Shown: in pieces, positions 24,937-37,949 of the stretch | Layout of the letters: each line of letters starts with the position of its first letter | How positions within the stretch are numbered: position 1 is the stretch's first letter | NCBI GenBank assembly: GCA_002269645.1 | Contig: NIVC01000102.1 | Span: 701,950-765,949, forward strand | Direction: 5' to 3' | Origin: Macrostomum lignano | Lineage: Eukaryota | Length of the DNA: 64,000 nucleotides | Notes under the pieces: model-generated | Databases searched by the model: none | What the model was told of the DNA's origin: nothing | The model's input: only the letters and a program-made list of their open reading frames with translations | Translations under genes and position numbers: made by a program

Positions 24937-25372
24937 CTAGCAAATTTCCTGCTAGCAGATTTCGGCTAGCAAACTTCGGCTAGCAGATTTCGGCTAGCAG
25001 ATTTCGGCTAGCAAACTTCGGCTAGCATATTTCGGCTAGCACATTTCGGCTAGCAGATTTCGGCTAGCATATTTCGGCTAGCAGATTTCGGCTAGCACAT
25101 TTCGGCTAGCATATTTCGGCTAGCATATTTCGGCTAGCATATTTCGGCTAGCATATTTCGGCTAGCATATTTCGGCTAGCATATTTCAGCTAGCATATTT
25201 CGGCAAGCAGATTTCGGCTAGCAGATTTCGGCTAGCAAACTTCTCGCTAGCAAACTTCGGCTAGCAGATTTCGTCTAGCAGATTTCGGCTAGCAGATTTC
25301 GGCTAGCAAACTTCGGCTAGCAGATTTCGGCTAGCAAACTTCGGCTAGCAGATTTCGGCAAGCAGATTTCCT
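24937..25372 (-). repeat. 14-bp tandem array (AGATTTCGGCTAGC)n, reverse complement of the 23.9-kb array
   Basis: Seen directly; shares rare variants with the left arm. Confidence 0.93.
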
Positions 25373-25579
25373 GCAGATCTCGTACTCCCGATTATTCCGA
25401 TCGCTAAGTAGGATTATAGATAGGCAAAAAATGACTTTTAGGAAAATCAGGAGCAAAATATCTTATTGTTATAACGTATTTTTACGAATATTAAAATAGT
25501 AAAGCATAAAATGTCATAAAATAAAATAAGTTAAATTCTTTATCATTAGCTAAGAAAAGGATTATTGCACAAGCAACGC

Positions 25580-26985
25580 TTAGGTGCTAGGGTGCTTGCT
25601 ATCTGGAGGGTGTTTACTATCTAGGGGGTGCTTGCTATCTGGGGTGGGGTGCTTGCTATCTGGGGTGGGGTGCTTGCTATCTGGGGTGGGGTGCTTGCTA
25701 TCTGGGGTGGGGTGCTTGCTATCTGGGGTGGGGTGCTTGCTATCTGGGGTGGGGTGCTTGCTATCTGGGGTGGGGTGCTTGCTATCTGGGGTGGGGTGCT
25801 TGCTATCTGGGGTGGGGTGCTTGCTATCTGGGGTGGGGTGCTTGCTATCTGGGGTGGGGTGCTTGCTATCTGGGGTGGGGTGCTTGCTATCTGGGGTGGG
25901 GTGCTTGCTATCTGGGGTGGGGTGCTTGCTATCTGGGGTGGGGTGCTTGCTATCTGGGGTGGGGTGCTTGCTATCTGGGGTGGGGTGCTTGCTATCTGGG
26001 GTGGGGTGCTTGCTATCTGGGGTGGGGTGCTTGCTATCTGGGGTGGGGTGCTTGCTATCTGGGGTGGGGTGCTTGCTATCTGGGGTGGGGTGCTTGCTAT
26101 CTGGGGTGGGGTGCTTGCTATCTGGGGTGGGGTGCTTGCTATCTGGGGTGGGGTGCTTGCTATCTGGGGTGGGGTGCTTGCTATCTGGGGTGGGGTGCTT
26201 GCTATCTGGGGTGGGGTGCTTGCTATCTGGGGTGGGGTGCTTGCTATCTGGGGTGGGGTGCTTGCTATCTGGGGTGGGGTGCTTGCTATCTGGGGTGGGG
26301 TGCTTGCTATCTGGGGTGGGGTGCTTGCTATCTAGGGGGTGCTTGCTATCTGGGGTGGGGTGCTTGCTATCTGGGGTGGGGTGCTTGCTATCTGGGGTGG
26401 GGTGCTTGCTATCTGGAGGGTGTTTACTATCTAGGGGGTGCTTGCTATCTGGGGTGGGGTGCTTGCTATCTGGGGTGGGGTGCTTGCTATCTGGGGTGGG
26501 GTGCTTGCTGTCTGGTGGGTACTTGCTATCTGGGGTGGGGTGCTTGCTATCTGGAGGGTGTTTACTATCTAGGGGGTGCTTGCTATCTGGGGTGGGGTGC
26601 TTGCTATCTGGGGTGGGGTGCTTGCTATCTGGGGTGGGGTGCTTGCTATCTGGAGGGTGTTTACTATCTAGGGGGTGCTTGCTATCTGGGGTGGGGTGCT
26701 TGCTATCTGGGGTGGGGTGCTTGCTATCTGGGGTGGGGTGCTTGCTGTCTGGTGGGTACTTGCTATCTGGTGTATGCTTGCTATCTGGGGGTGCTTGCTA
26801 TCTGGGGATGCTTGCTATCTGGGGGATGCTTGCTATCTGGGGGTGCTTGCTATCTGGGGATGCTTGCTATCTGGGGATGCTTGCTATCTGGTGGATGCTT
26901 GCTATCTGGGGGATGCTTGCTATCTGGGGGTGCTTGCTATCTGGGGATGCTTGCTATCTGGGGGATGCTTGCTATTGGGGGATCG
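25580..26985. repeat. G-rich 21-bp minisatellite (GGGGTGCTTGCTATCTGGGGT)n grading into 17-18-bp variants
   Basis: Over 30 consecutive near-identical units. The same family occurs at about 32985-33170, 37810-37880, 57205-57530 and 58950-59450. Confidence 0.97.
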
Positions 26986-27519
26986 AATTGCTGAGATTTC
27001 AAATATCTCTGAGGGAATTCTTGAGATGTTATGTCTTCTGCATCTTCTATGACTATTATTTCAGTTTCGATGGACTCTTCTAGATTAACGACATTAAAGT
27101 CGAAGTATGTGATTGTTTAATTGTAGCGAGTTACCAACGTACTTTCTTTTTTATCCTGCAGCAGTGGCTTGTTCTTTCTCTTTCTTTTAGTGGCGGCTCA
27201 TTAAGAGCTCTCAATTCTAGCACATAATGAATTGATGAAATTTAACGTGCGTCTTATACGCAATAGTTCATATAGCGCACATATAACATGAGATGTTAAG
27301 GCTGGGGGAATTGCTAAGATGTCAAGGCTCAACTGAAATGGGGGACCCATATCGGGGAGGTCAAAGTGGTCAAAAGAACCCAGAAAAGAATTAAATTTTC
27401 GTTTGGTAAGGTCTCGTCTGGGGCACTCTGGAGCTAAAATATTTCTTTCTCTGGCTCCCACTGGGGGAGTCTTTGTTGCAATCCCCTGTCCCTCTCCCGT
27501 TCCGTAGGACCCTGCTAGG

Positions 27520-27880
27520 ACTCAACGGCAGGGACACCAAGGCCCGGTAGCAATGGCCCTATCAGGTCATGGGTGCTTTGCTAAAAAACGCTACCTCCAT
27601 GGGAAAATCTGCAGTGAGGATGCCCATTCTGCATCTCCGGTGTCAAGAATGTGCAGCACTTCATCTGTGAATGCCCCGCCTACCTCGGGCACAAACCCGG
27701 ACGTTCTTTGACGTTTTCAGACCCGAGAATATCTGCCAGCTTGGCCTCGATACCTTAGGGCTACCGGGCGAGCGACCATTCACCTGCAGGACTCTCCAGA
27801 GAGGCACACCGCTGCGGACACCGGCACCACCGGATCTCCCTGCGCGGCATCGGTGCCCGTGGTTGCCAGGGCCAAGGCAC
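27520..27880 (+). mobile_element. Decayed LINE 3'-end remnant upstream of lectin copies (also at about 13175-13270, 34100-34390, 40015-40250)
   Basis: Homologous blocks precede each lectin copy; CAGCACTTCATCTGTGAATGCCC and GAGCACTTTATCTGTGACTGC encode HFICECP/HFICDC, resembling the C-terminal zinc knuckle of LINE ORF2. Confidence 0.55.
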
Positions 27881-28092
27881 AGTCAACATGGTGTGACACT
27901 CACCTCATTTTCTTTTCCATTTCCACCAATGAAAAATTTCCCGAAAAGGTAGCACACGATTGGTCAGGAAAAAGCAAATATTATCGGTTAGTAAATGGAA
28001 ATTTTTATGCTAAAAGCGATTTGCATCGTCTCTCGTAATTTGCTTTGACACACTTCAAAACCTAAAAGCTTACCCAACAGTTACGAGCAAAA

Positions 28093-28839
28093 ATGGTCAG
28101 CGTATCGAACATTGTGGCTTTGATGACTCTTGTCCTAATTAGCCTCACCACCGCCAGTCAGAAGGTGTACACCCTCATTGACGGCAGCCTCTGCATCAAC
28201 GATGAGTTTGTTCAGTCCTACCCAAACGAAGTCAGCAATGTTGGCTGCGCCTCTCTGTGCTCCGAGAAGCTGCGCTGTCAGGCGTTCAGCCTGGCTGACG
28301 GTCCGTGCCAGCTGTTCGTGTTCGACAAGTGCAGCCAGTCGGTGAGGAGCTGCGGCTGCTCCAGGAGAGGCCGGGTGTTCGTCAAGCAGCGGCCGGGACT
28401 CGAGGCGGGCGCGCTGTGTCCGTCTGGCTACGGCATGGACCTGTGCGGAGTGAAGTACAAGCTGTACTCTGGCATCGGGACGTGGTTGCCGAGCAGGCAG
28501 AAGTGCGAGTCAGAGAGCGGTCTGGTCATCATGGCCGACGTGACCAGCGAGCAAGAGATGAGCCACGTGGACTGGATCTTCACCAATGGTAGTAATTCGA
28601 ACTTCTGGCTCGGAGGACTTCAGCCAGAAGGTAGTGCGGAGCCTCTGGGCGGCTGGTACTGGGTCGGCTGCAACATCAACGTTGATCCCGCTTTTTGGGC
28701 CACTGACCAGCCGAATAACAACGGTGGCGGAGAAAATGTAATCGCGAGACAAGTCAATAAAATGGGTCTCACGGATAGTAGCGACACATACGGTGCTGTT
28801 CCGAATGTTCTGTGCGAGTGCCTGTCGCCTTTTAACTGA
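28093..28839 (+). CDS. Secreted PAN/apple + C-type lectin domain protein, copy 2 (248 aa)
   Basis: Same architecture as copy 1; QPN in the sugar-binding loop. Confidence 0.85.
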   Translation: MVSVSNIVALMTLVLISLTTASQKVYTLIDGSLCINDEFVQSYPNEVSNVGCASLCSEKLRCQAFSLADGPCQLFVFDKCSQSVRSCGCSRRGRVFVKQRPGLEAGALCPSGYGMDLCGVKYKLYSGIGTWLPSRQKCESESGLVIMADVTSEQEMSHVDWIFTNGSNSNFWLGGLQPEGSAEPLGGWYWVGCNINVDPAFWATDQPNNNGGGENVIARQVNKMGLTDSSDTYGAVPNVLCECLSPFN

Positions 28840-31800
28840 TTCTGAGACACTGCAGGCACCGCCAAGTAAGAGGAACCGGATGGACAGATTTAATCAAAAG
28901 TGCTCGTCACAACTGTGTGTAAGCGTCCAAATTTTTTATATAACCGCATGTCATAATTCAAACATCCCGTCTGCTTACAGTGCACAGATTTTTGTTAAAT
29001 TATTAACAAACCTTACGCAATGTATTCAAAATACTCTAATATAAGGGCCGAATAATAATCAATAGCTGCCGGAAGGCAGATGTTTAAAAGGGCTCCATTG
29101 TAGTGTCTGTGGATCTCTGTCTGTTGGTTTTATCAAATCAATTTTTTATAGTTATTAACGAATTTTATTACGACGCACTAGATACTACTACCTTGCTCAT
29201 ACATACATTTACTTTTTTAAAAGCACAAATCCCTAGTACCGTGCATTCAATACAGTTTTCTTCGGCACTTGTCGAGCGTGAAGCCACAATTAAAAATCCA
29301 GCTATTAACTTGATGCTGCAGCTTGTTCATGAGACAAGCTTCTACTTCAATTTTTAAACAAATCTCTGCCATAAACGAAACTGCAGTCAGTTTTAATTTA
29401 AAATCTGTTTGATCTTCTTAAATATAGTTGACCTCAGCTCAGTAATAGTCTGATGCACAAACAGTTTGCATCAAAAGCTACTTGTAATCATTCTTTCGTA
29501 GTTTGGAGTTTTTATACAACGCCAAGCAACACTGTGTACTCGATGATGGATCATTTCTGAGAAGCGATCCGTGTAAGGCCGGTTCGCATTACCCCACCAA
29601 GTGGCTTCGCGGGTCAAAGATTGCTCAAATGAATGTATGAGTGCATTTAATTTTAATTATCGAAAAATTAACAATTCGAACAACAAATTACATTCGAACA
29701 AGACTGCATTGCAACTGAGACTTGACTTCACCCTGTCCAACATAAATGACTCATTGTAAATTGCTAAGATGTCATGAGACTCACAGGGTAAATTGTTTTG
29801 CTGTCAAGGCTCGGGCGGGAATTTATGAGGCTTATTATGGGTAATTGTTGAGATTCAAGGCTCATGGGTAATTACTGAAATGGACTCATAGGGGGAATCG
29901 CTCATGCAAGACTCTATTTTCTAATGTTATGCCATCTTCTAGTTCTAGTGGATTCTGCTGTGTTCTTGAGAGCTTACAACCGAGATGGCGGTTTTTTATA
30001 TTCTTAATTCCTTGTCTCATCTTTGTCGTTAACTCAAATAGAGCATGGGACTTCAGTTTTTGAATTAAGCTCCTTAAAAGCGAGGAAGAAAGAAGTGCCC
30101 CTAGGGCTGAGCTCCCGTCTATTCTCAAAAATACCCCCAATTTCATCCCCTGCCGTTGATGGTTTGAGTTGGATGTCGCGTGGTTAGCGACGGCAAGTTT
30201 TTCACAAACAGCGCTTGCAATAGGATTAGCATTTAACACGCGAGTTGCTACGGGGAGGGGGCGAGGGTGAGGCGGTTAGACTCATCAATTTACTCTGGTT
30301 GAGTTAGAGTATTTGGGGGAAGTCTTTCACTGCCCTCTTGTCCGCGCGTCCATCCCTCGGTTGCTACGTTCCTCGGGGTTGGCCGTCGGTCTCCTCCACA
30401 AGAGTGGCCCCCGTGCTGGGCTCATCAAATATTCTCCGGCTGCAGCCACCTTCCCCTGTCAGCCGCCTCGCCGGTGAGCTTCAATTAACTTTGAAATGGT
30501 GAATGGCTACTGTAAATTTTTCCTACGTTGCTGCATTCCACTGGAGGTCCCTACATGTTTGCTGGATTCCATTGTCTTGGCTGCCTCATTATTTGTGCAT
30601 GCTTAAGTTTTCTCCAGCCTTGCCTCTCTTGCCTCCCTTGGCTTTTCTTCATTATAAGTCTATAAGCCGTTGAAACCCGCAGAATTCCGATCCCCGGAAC
30701 TATTTTTGCATACATTCTCGAATCTAAAATCATACTCAAACAAGAACTTGTTAATAGACTTAAACAAAACTTGGAGAAAACTCGCTTTAAAAAGTATACT
30801 TCTAGAATAGCTCGCAGAATAGAATATGAGACTCCCAACATCGAGAAATCGGAAAAATTAACAATAGTGTCTAAGTACTATAGAGAAGCTAAGCAGAGTA
30901 TATATGCTAGACAATGCAAAATTGGATAGGGAACATGTGTGAGGAGTGATAAAATGATATTTAGTATTGAAGTTGCCAATTTCTTAGCAAATCAAAGCCA
31001 AATTTCTATTCCGGTCTGCAGGGAAGGTTACTTGATGCTTGCTTCAGAAGGTTCGCAACAAATAGTTCAACCATTGTCTTTGAGTTTCGTGTTCTGGGGT
31101 TGGTCCCTTGTGTCAAGAACGTTTGAAAACTTAGTAACCAAGAAATTTACTCGTATTAAAGTAGGGAACTTCGTATTTCTGATAAATGTAGCTCGTAAAA
31201 AACTTGGACTTAGAAAAATTTCTATATTATAGTCCATGCAGTCTGTGAATATAGTCCAGTTGTAATGACTTTCACAGATGCTTATGACAGTGCTTGAATA
31301 TACACCAAATCCCCCCCCCCCGGGGAGCAAAGAGGAAGAGGCTAGCTGTAGATTTCAACGCGTGAGCATGCAACATAAAGTTGGCCATGTGAGAGAAACG
31401 GGATGACCCCAAGTTGATTCCGGCCACCTGTTTCCGGTCTGGCTGTGGACTTGCGATTTTTTGTGTTTTCCCATGCGCTACTCTGTACTCTGAGAGCTCC
31501 TGCACAGAAGATACGATTGTACCGAATGCAGCAATTGGTGACAGCCCATCCTCGGGACTGTTGTGTCCCGAGACGGACCAGCCAGCTTCGTCTCGCGCTC
31601 TGTACGAGCAGGGAGACTCAGCCCCAGTCCTGCTGCTTGCCAACCCACTGTCGCACAAACGCGCGGGCAGTAGGCCGGCAACCAGGGTCGCAGCGAACGC
31701 ACAGGCCCTGGTGACGATGACCTAATGGCGCTAGAGCCCAAATAACAAAAGCAAAACGATACTTACTGGGGCGTAGGTTGCTCACTCGGTGCTCAAAGCG

Positions 31801-32329
31801 TCTATGTTTGGATACGATTGCTAGCGCGATTGTATATTGTTTTTATTGGTTATGGTCGGAGCGGCGAAGGAGCCAGAGGAGAAACGATCAAAAGGTCAGC
31901 GAGGGGGAGGGGACAGGAGCGCACACCAATAAATATGTCAGTACAACATGGGGTGGGGCAAAAGCTGCAGGGTAAGAGAAAAGGCGGGGTATGCAGAGAG
32001 AGCGAGCGGGGATTGGCTGCAGCCACACAGAACGCGACTGGGGGTAGAAAACAAGAATTGCAGATAACAGCGACAGCCAATGAGAGGGCACGGAGGGGGA
32101 GGGATAATAATAATCAGGGGTGAGAAAATCGCAGACAAAGGCTAAACAACTACAATAATAATTCATCAATTGATTAGGTCTAGTGCAGTGACACCCAAAA
32201 TTAAGTAAGTACTTTATGAAAATAGCTCACAATAAGTTGTTAGCATGGAAGGGCGGGGAGGATTGGCAGAGGGAGAGAGAGAGCTACCGTATGGGCAAGT
32301 ACATTGAGTTACAAATTCACAACAGGACA

Positions 32330-32660
32330 GACCTCCAAGAGATTAATAGAAAATTGATGAGCCGTTTCATCGCCATAAACTGCAGCCTTGACGTTGGTTC
32401 GCAAGTGCAGCTTTTCAACTGATGGCCACAGATGAGAAGATTTGAGGCAATCATTGATCTCATCTTGGGCTGGGGTGCCGCGGAATCACAAGCAACGTCT
32501 GTCTAAAGTCTCCAGAGAGCAGCAGGGTGACACCACCCATGAGCTGGTTGTTGCTGCGCAGATCCTTTAGCGTCAGGTTAAGTGCTTCGAAAGCCAGTTT
32601 GTGGGACATGGTACACTCATCCCAGACAATAAGCTTGCAGGCTTGCCACTGGTCTTCTTG
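32330..32660 (-). mobile_element. Helitron PIF1 helicase remnant (Walker B region)
   Basis: ACKLIVWDECTMSHKLAFEAL...MGGVTLLLSGDFRQTL; a further short piece lies at about 31480-31560. Confidence 0.85.
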
Positions 32661-33225
32661 ACAGTGGACTTCGATTTTTGTATTTTCTCATGCGCTACTC
32701 CGTACTATTTTGAGTAGTGCATAAAAAATAACAAAATTCATTATACTGAGTACACAAATATGAAATTAATTGCTAATAGGGAATAGTCTGATTGCTAAGT
32801 AAACTTATAGATTGCCGAAAAAAGATTTTTTTTGAATATCAGGATCAGAAGATCGAATCGTTATTTTTTCCAAATTATTTATCTCTAGCTGAGAAAAAGA
32901 CTATTGCACTATATAAAGGGATTTTTGCTCCTGATGAGTAAAAGAGTATTGCACAAGCTAGGGAAATTGTTGTACTAGATTGCTATTGGGGGAGGGGGAG
33001 GCTTGCCATCTGGGGAATGCTTGCTATGTGGGGAATGCTTGCTATCTGGGGAATGCTTGCTATCTGGGGAATGCTTGCTATGTGGGGAATGCTCACTATC
33101 TGGGGAATTTTAGCTACGAGCTATCTGGGGAATGCTTGCCATCTGGGGAATGTTTGCTTGGAGGGATATAATTGCTGAGATGTCAAGGCTTACGGAGGGA
33201 ATTGGAACAACTGCGTCCACAAATT

Positions 33226-33310
33226 GAGACAGGGGCGCCCACCAAGAGACAGGGGCGCCCACCAGTTGACACAGGGGCGACAAGCAACCAACCAAGAGAC
33301 AGGGGCACCA
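33226..33310. repeat. 20-bp repeat GAGACAGGGGCGCCCACCAA (also flanking 37950 and 39961)
   Basis: Seen directly. Confidence 0.85.
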
Positions 33311-34571
33311 ACCAACCAACCAACCAAGACACCCTCTCCAATTAAAACTCTTGCGAACCCCAAATGATACAGTCAACGATAGCATTTTTCCCTGAGTTCG
33401 TTCGGTCAAGAGCGTCAGATAAAACTTATGGGTGTTGGCAAGGGAAGTCACTGCATGCTTGGCCTAATGAGGCGGCCGCAGAGTTTTTGTACTTTTAACG
33501 TGTATTACTCTATCATATCCATCAACTATTACCTACTAAACTTATTCGTCTAAATAAGTTCAACCTGTCAGGAATGTCAGGTGTTTGAATTCTAGACAGT
33601 GATTGCAGTGATGGGCTGGGTTCTAGCGTTAGCTGCTGTTGACCTCATGATTGATGCTGTAAATGCTCTTGTAAGTCTTTAGAATGATGAAACCATGAAT
33701 AGAAAGGCTTCAAGGCCTGACTGTCAAAGCTTGTTTAAGATGCGGCTAAAAGTTGAAAAATTGTAACGAATTGCCTTATACGGTATTGTTCTGTCAGTTC
33801 GACAGCTGAGCTTCCAGTCGTCGTGACCCCTGCATGACGACGCGGAACTCTTGGAGGAAATTTTTTTCAACTCAAACTTTTAACTCTGAATTTTGCTTGA
33901 GGGTAATAAGAAAGTTCCTTTCCCTGTGAATAATTCGGACGTTTCTTCTTCGTACTAAAATGAATGCCAGCTTATTGACCCCTTTGGATGACGAACCAGT
34001 AAGATTGTGATAGGGGGCATTGCCCTCTTCTGATTACATTGAAATAGCAGTGCCTCTGTGCATCATCTCCTGTCCTTTTTCTGCCCTCCAAAGGGCCCTG
34101 CTGGGATTCAACCGCAGGGACATCAAGGCGGTATAGCAAATGGCCTTCTCAGGTTACGGATGATTCGCTAAGTAACGCTACTACCAGAGGCAAATCTGCT
34201 GTGAGGAATGCCCATTTTGCTTCTCCAGTGTCGAGAAGCACTTCGTCTATGACTGCCCAGCCTTTAGAGGCTCAGGCTCACCTACCTCGGGCCAAAGTAA
34301 CCCGGACCTCCTCGACATTTTCAGCTCTGCCAGCTCGTCCGCTACCATAGGGCTACCGGGCGAGCGACCATCCACCTCCCGGACTCTACGAAGACTTATT
34401 GTAGACTTATAATGAGGCAAAGCCAAGGGAAGTAAGTGAGGCAAGGCTGGGGAGAACTGAAGCAGGCATAAGAGACCTACTTAAGCGCACTGAACAAAGT
34501 CGGATGCGCCGCTCTGTGCGCCCAGAACCAGCGCTGTCATGCTTCAGAGTATACTGTATACATGCTTCAAG

Positions 34572-35096
34572 CAGCTGTTCGTGTTCGACAAGTGCAGCAA
34601 GTCGGTGAGGAGCTGCGGCTGCTCCAGGAGAGGCCGGGTGTTCGTCAAGCAGCGGCCGGGACTCGAGGCGGGCGCGCTGTGTCCGTCTGGCTACGGCATG
34701 GACCTGTGCGGAGTGAAGTACAGGCTGTACTCTGGCATCGGGACGTGGTGGCCGAGCAGGCAGAAGTGCGAGTCAGAGAGCGGTCTGGTCATCATGGCCG
34801 ACGTGACCAGCGCTGAGGAGATGAGCCACGTGGATTCCATCTACTCGAACTACAGCTCTGGACAATCAATCTGGCTCGGAGGCCGCCAGCCAGCAGGCAG
34901 TGCGGAGCCTCTGGGCGGCTGGTACTGGGTCGGCTGCAACACCAGCGTTGACCCAACTTTGTGGAATGCTTATCAGCCAAATGCTGCTTCGGAGAATGTG
35001 ATTGCAAGGTTCTGGTATGACGCCAGACTCTCTGACCTGCACGAATCTTTTGCAACTGAGACAGTGCTGTGCGAGTGCGTCTCTCCGTTCAACTGA
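34572..35096 (+). pseudogene. PAN + C-type lectin copy 3, 5'-truncated (no signal peptide); CTLD frame intact
   Basis: Homology to the other copies starts abruptly at QLFVFDKC; open to SPFN-stop. Confidence 0.8.
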
Positions 35097-35769
35097 TTGC
35101 AGAGAATCGACAACCGATTTATTGAATTTAAACAGCTTTAAAAGATTTGACACAGTACCGTCCTTTGTTTACTGTAGCGTGAAGCACAATGACTACTGTT
35201 TTTCTTTGTAAACAGAACTTTTTGTCATGAATTCTTATTTATATTTTTAAGGATGCCAGGAAAGTTGAGGAGGAAACTTTTTTAAGGAGGAAAGTTGAGC
35301 AGCTGCAGGCCTGTAAGGGAAATTGTATTTGTCGAGTTGGCTGGTGCACTTGTAGAAAGGCTCGTGGTATGCTCTCGAGAAATGTATTGTTCTAGTGCTG
35401 ATGCGAATATGAAACAAAAAATTTAGGAATCTTTTTGTGTAAAATCTGCTGAAAAATAAATAGCTGTGACTAACCGATCGATTTAAACTTTTTTTGCTGC
35501 CTAACTTTGTCTTTACGTTTTGATTGACTTAGTAGAGCTTATAGATTAGGACTTTCTTAAAATCTGGGTGTGGGCTGCAGTGAGAGTCACTAGACGCTTC
35601 AAATATGGCAATATATTGAACAGCTGCATGTATAATGTCTGATATGCAAGTAGATTATTCCTGTTTGTTTACTTCTTGGATATAAAGCCACCTGAAAACC
35701 ATTGACTTCCGGCACTCCTAAACTATCAAATGAATTACACAAAGAAGAATAATTTTTTGCAGAAAGATT

Positions 35770-36132
35770 GTGGACGCCCTGACGCAATTGACTTCGACGA
35801 TAGCGTCCCGCAACCGCAGTGCCAAAGCAATTCTGCCAATTCCCACTGTACACAGGGACCATGCTGTACAGGGCCCTAAATTTCTAAACGTCAGGCATGT
35901 ACATTCTCTGTGCCGTCGGCGACTCCAGCTGGCAGGCCACATCATCCGCGCAGAGTCGTACTGCCCACAGCTAGTGCAGGAGATGCTGCTGCTAACGCTT
36001 CAGGCTCCCTACCGGCGGAGGCAGGCCCGCACTCGGCGTTTCGTCGACTGCCTGCTGGTTGACGCCGGCGCCCCGGATTTGGCCGACGGCGTGGCGTTCA
36101 TTCGTGACCTGGCCTTGAGGCGCGCCCTGTGA
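35770..36132 (+). mobile_element. RTE-like LINE ORF2 C-terminal fragment
   Basis: RRRLQLAGHIIRAESYCPQ...RRRQARTRRFVDCLLVDAG, typical of an RTE C-terminus. Confidence 0.7.
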
Positions 36133-36256
36133 CGCTGAACGTGTATTCTGGTGTTGTTCTGTGCCTTTCGGGTGAGCCCTCATGGTAGTGAATTTTCGTG
36201 CACACCAGCCTCAATAATGCGGCCGCTCGCGGAATCCAACCAGCTGGATCGGTGAA

Positions 36257-36510
36257 CTCTGGACAATCGATCTGCTCGTAGGCTTTCAGCCAGAAGGCAG
36301 TGCGGAACCGACTGTGGGCTGGTACTGGGTCGGCTGCAACACCAACTTTGGCAGCTTCTGGGCCACTGGCGAGCCCGATAACTACTTTGGAGGAAACAAT
36401 GTAATCGGAAAATAGCAGGACCTATTGGATCTCACGGATACCAGCGGCTCATACGCTGGTACGATGTTGTTTCCGATTTTCATTGCGAGTGTCTTTCGCC
36501 TTTTGATTGA
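36257..36510 (+). pseudogene. Lectin CTLD 3' fragment with frameshifts and a stop
   Basis: CNTNFGSFWATGEPDNYFGGNNVIGK then a stop; ends in a CECLSPF-like sequence. Confidence 0.85.
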
Positions 36511-37949
36511 TTCTGAGCAGCTGCGCAGGCATCAGATGAAGAGTTTAATTCACAAAATTATATTTCTAACGATATCAAATTGCCCGTCAATAACCGTGTA
36601 TAAGTGTCCAAAACTGATTAACTATTTATGAAATTCCATCTTTTTACACTGCACAAGATATTTAAATTTCGCAACCTACCTCTGATACCGTAAAGCAATG
36701 TATTTAACAACATACCAATAGAAGTGCCGAATAATAATCGATCACTACTCGAATATTACTGATGTTTAAAAGGGCTCCATTTTAGTGGTGTCCGTAGATT
36801 TCATGTCTTTTTGTTTTATCAAATCGAACAAATGTCGCACTTCGAAACTCACCAGACAAAAGCTACACGTAGTTTTCGTCGCGACCTTCGCGTCTCGTCC
36901 TTTTACTTAAGTAGTCCGTGTTCAAGGCTTCTTTGAATACTGCCTCTGTGAATCGCGTTTTGCTTGCAGTCTTTTGCACTTTTAAGTAAGAAGAGTTTAT
37001 ACTAGAAGATTTCAAGACAGCATAAAGCCTTTGCTTTATGAGCTTACGATGGGTGCAAATTTTGGTGTAATTTGGTTGAGCGGTTTAGGAGTACATAGCA
37101 ATCTATGTACAGTATTACAATATAAGCATGTTATAATTTTTGTTTAATTTAATAAGCTGGACTATTCCAGGTTCAATGTCCTTCTTTTCGGTTCTTGGGT
37201 GTCGCAACCGCGTATGTACATCACAGATGTAGTCGCAGGCCCTGGTCAACGCTCCATATCGATGTCATGGAGCTGTGATGTCGATGGCTACTAAGATGCA
37301 ACTGAGATGCCCTGCAACTTGACGTCTCTGGCTAGCCAAGTGGATCCACCGTGGAGCAACGCTAGGCAAGACGGTACAGGCTGTGGAATAGCGATTTTTT
37401 TCGTATTTTCTCATGCGCTGCTTCACACTGCTTTAATTAACACATAATTAACATACAAAATACATTGTAAAATGTATAAAAATATAAAAGAAATGCTGAT
37501 AGAGGTCACTCCAATCGCTAAGTAATAGATTGCAAAAATGACTTTTATAAAAATCAGGAGCAAAAGGATTGAATCGTTGTAGTTTATTTTTAAATATAAT
37601 AAAGTAGCACAGCGTAAGATGTCATAAAATAAGTTAAATTTTTTTATCTCTAGCTGAGGAAAAGATTATTTCATTAGCTGAGACATGGGTTATTGCACTG
37701 GCTGAAAAATTGATTAATGCAATACATGAGGAAAGGATTAGTTCACTAGATGAAAAAGAAATTACGATTGAGCAATTGCACTAGCCGAGGAAATTGTTGT
37801 ACTATAGATGGCTACCTGGGAGAGGGAAGGCGGTTCTTGCCATCTAGGGCTGTTTACTATCTGGGGAGTGCTTGCTCGGGGGAAATTTCCGAGATGTCAA
37901 GGCTTGGGGGGCATTGCAACAACGGAGCCCACCAAAAGACAGAGACAGG

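Noticed and set aside
25584-27083. 499-aa ORF (LLSGVGC)n and similar periodic ORFs at 4787-5512, 14584-14922 and 57170-59581
   Set aside because: These are translations of minisatellites whose units happen to lack stops; there is no non-repetitive coding context.
34539-34571. ATG-initiated N-terminus for lectin copy 3
   Set aside because: Unrelated to the other copies and not signal-like; treated as a chance in-frame ATG ahead of a truncation.
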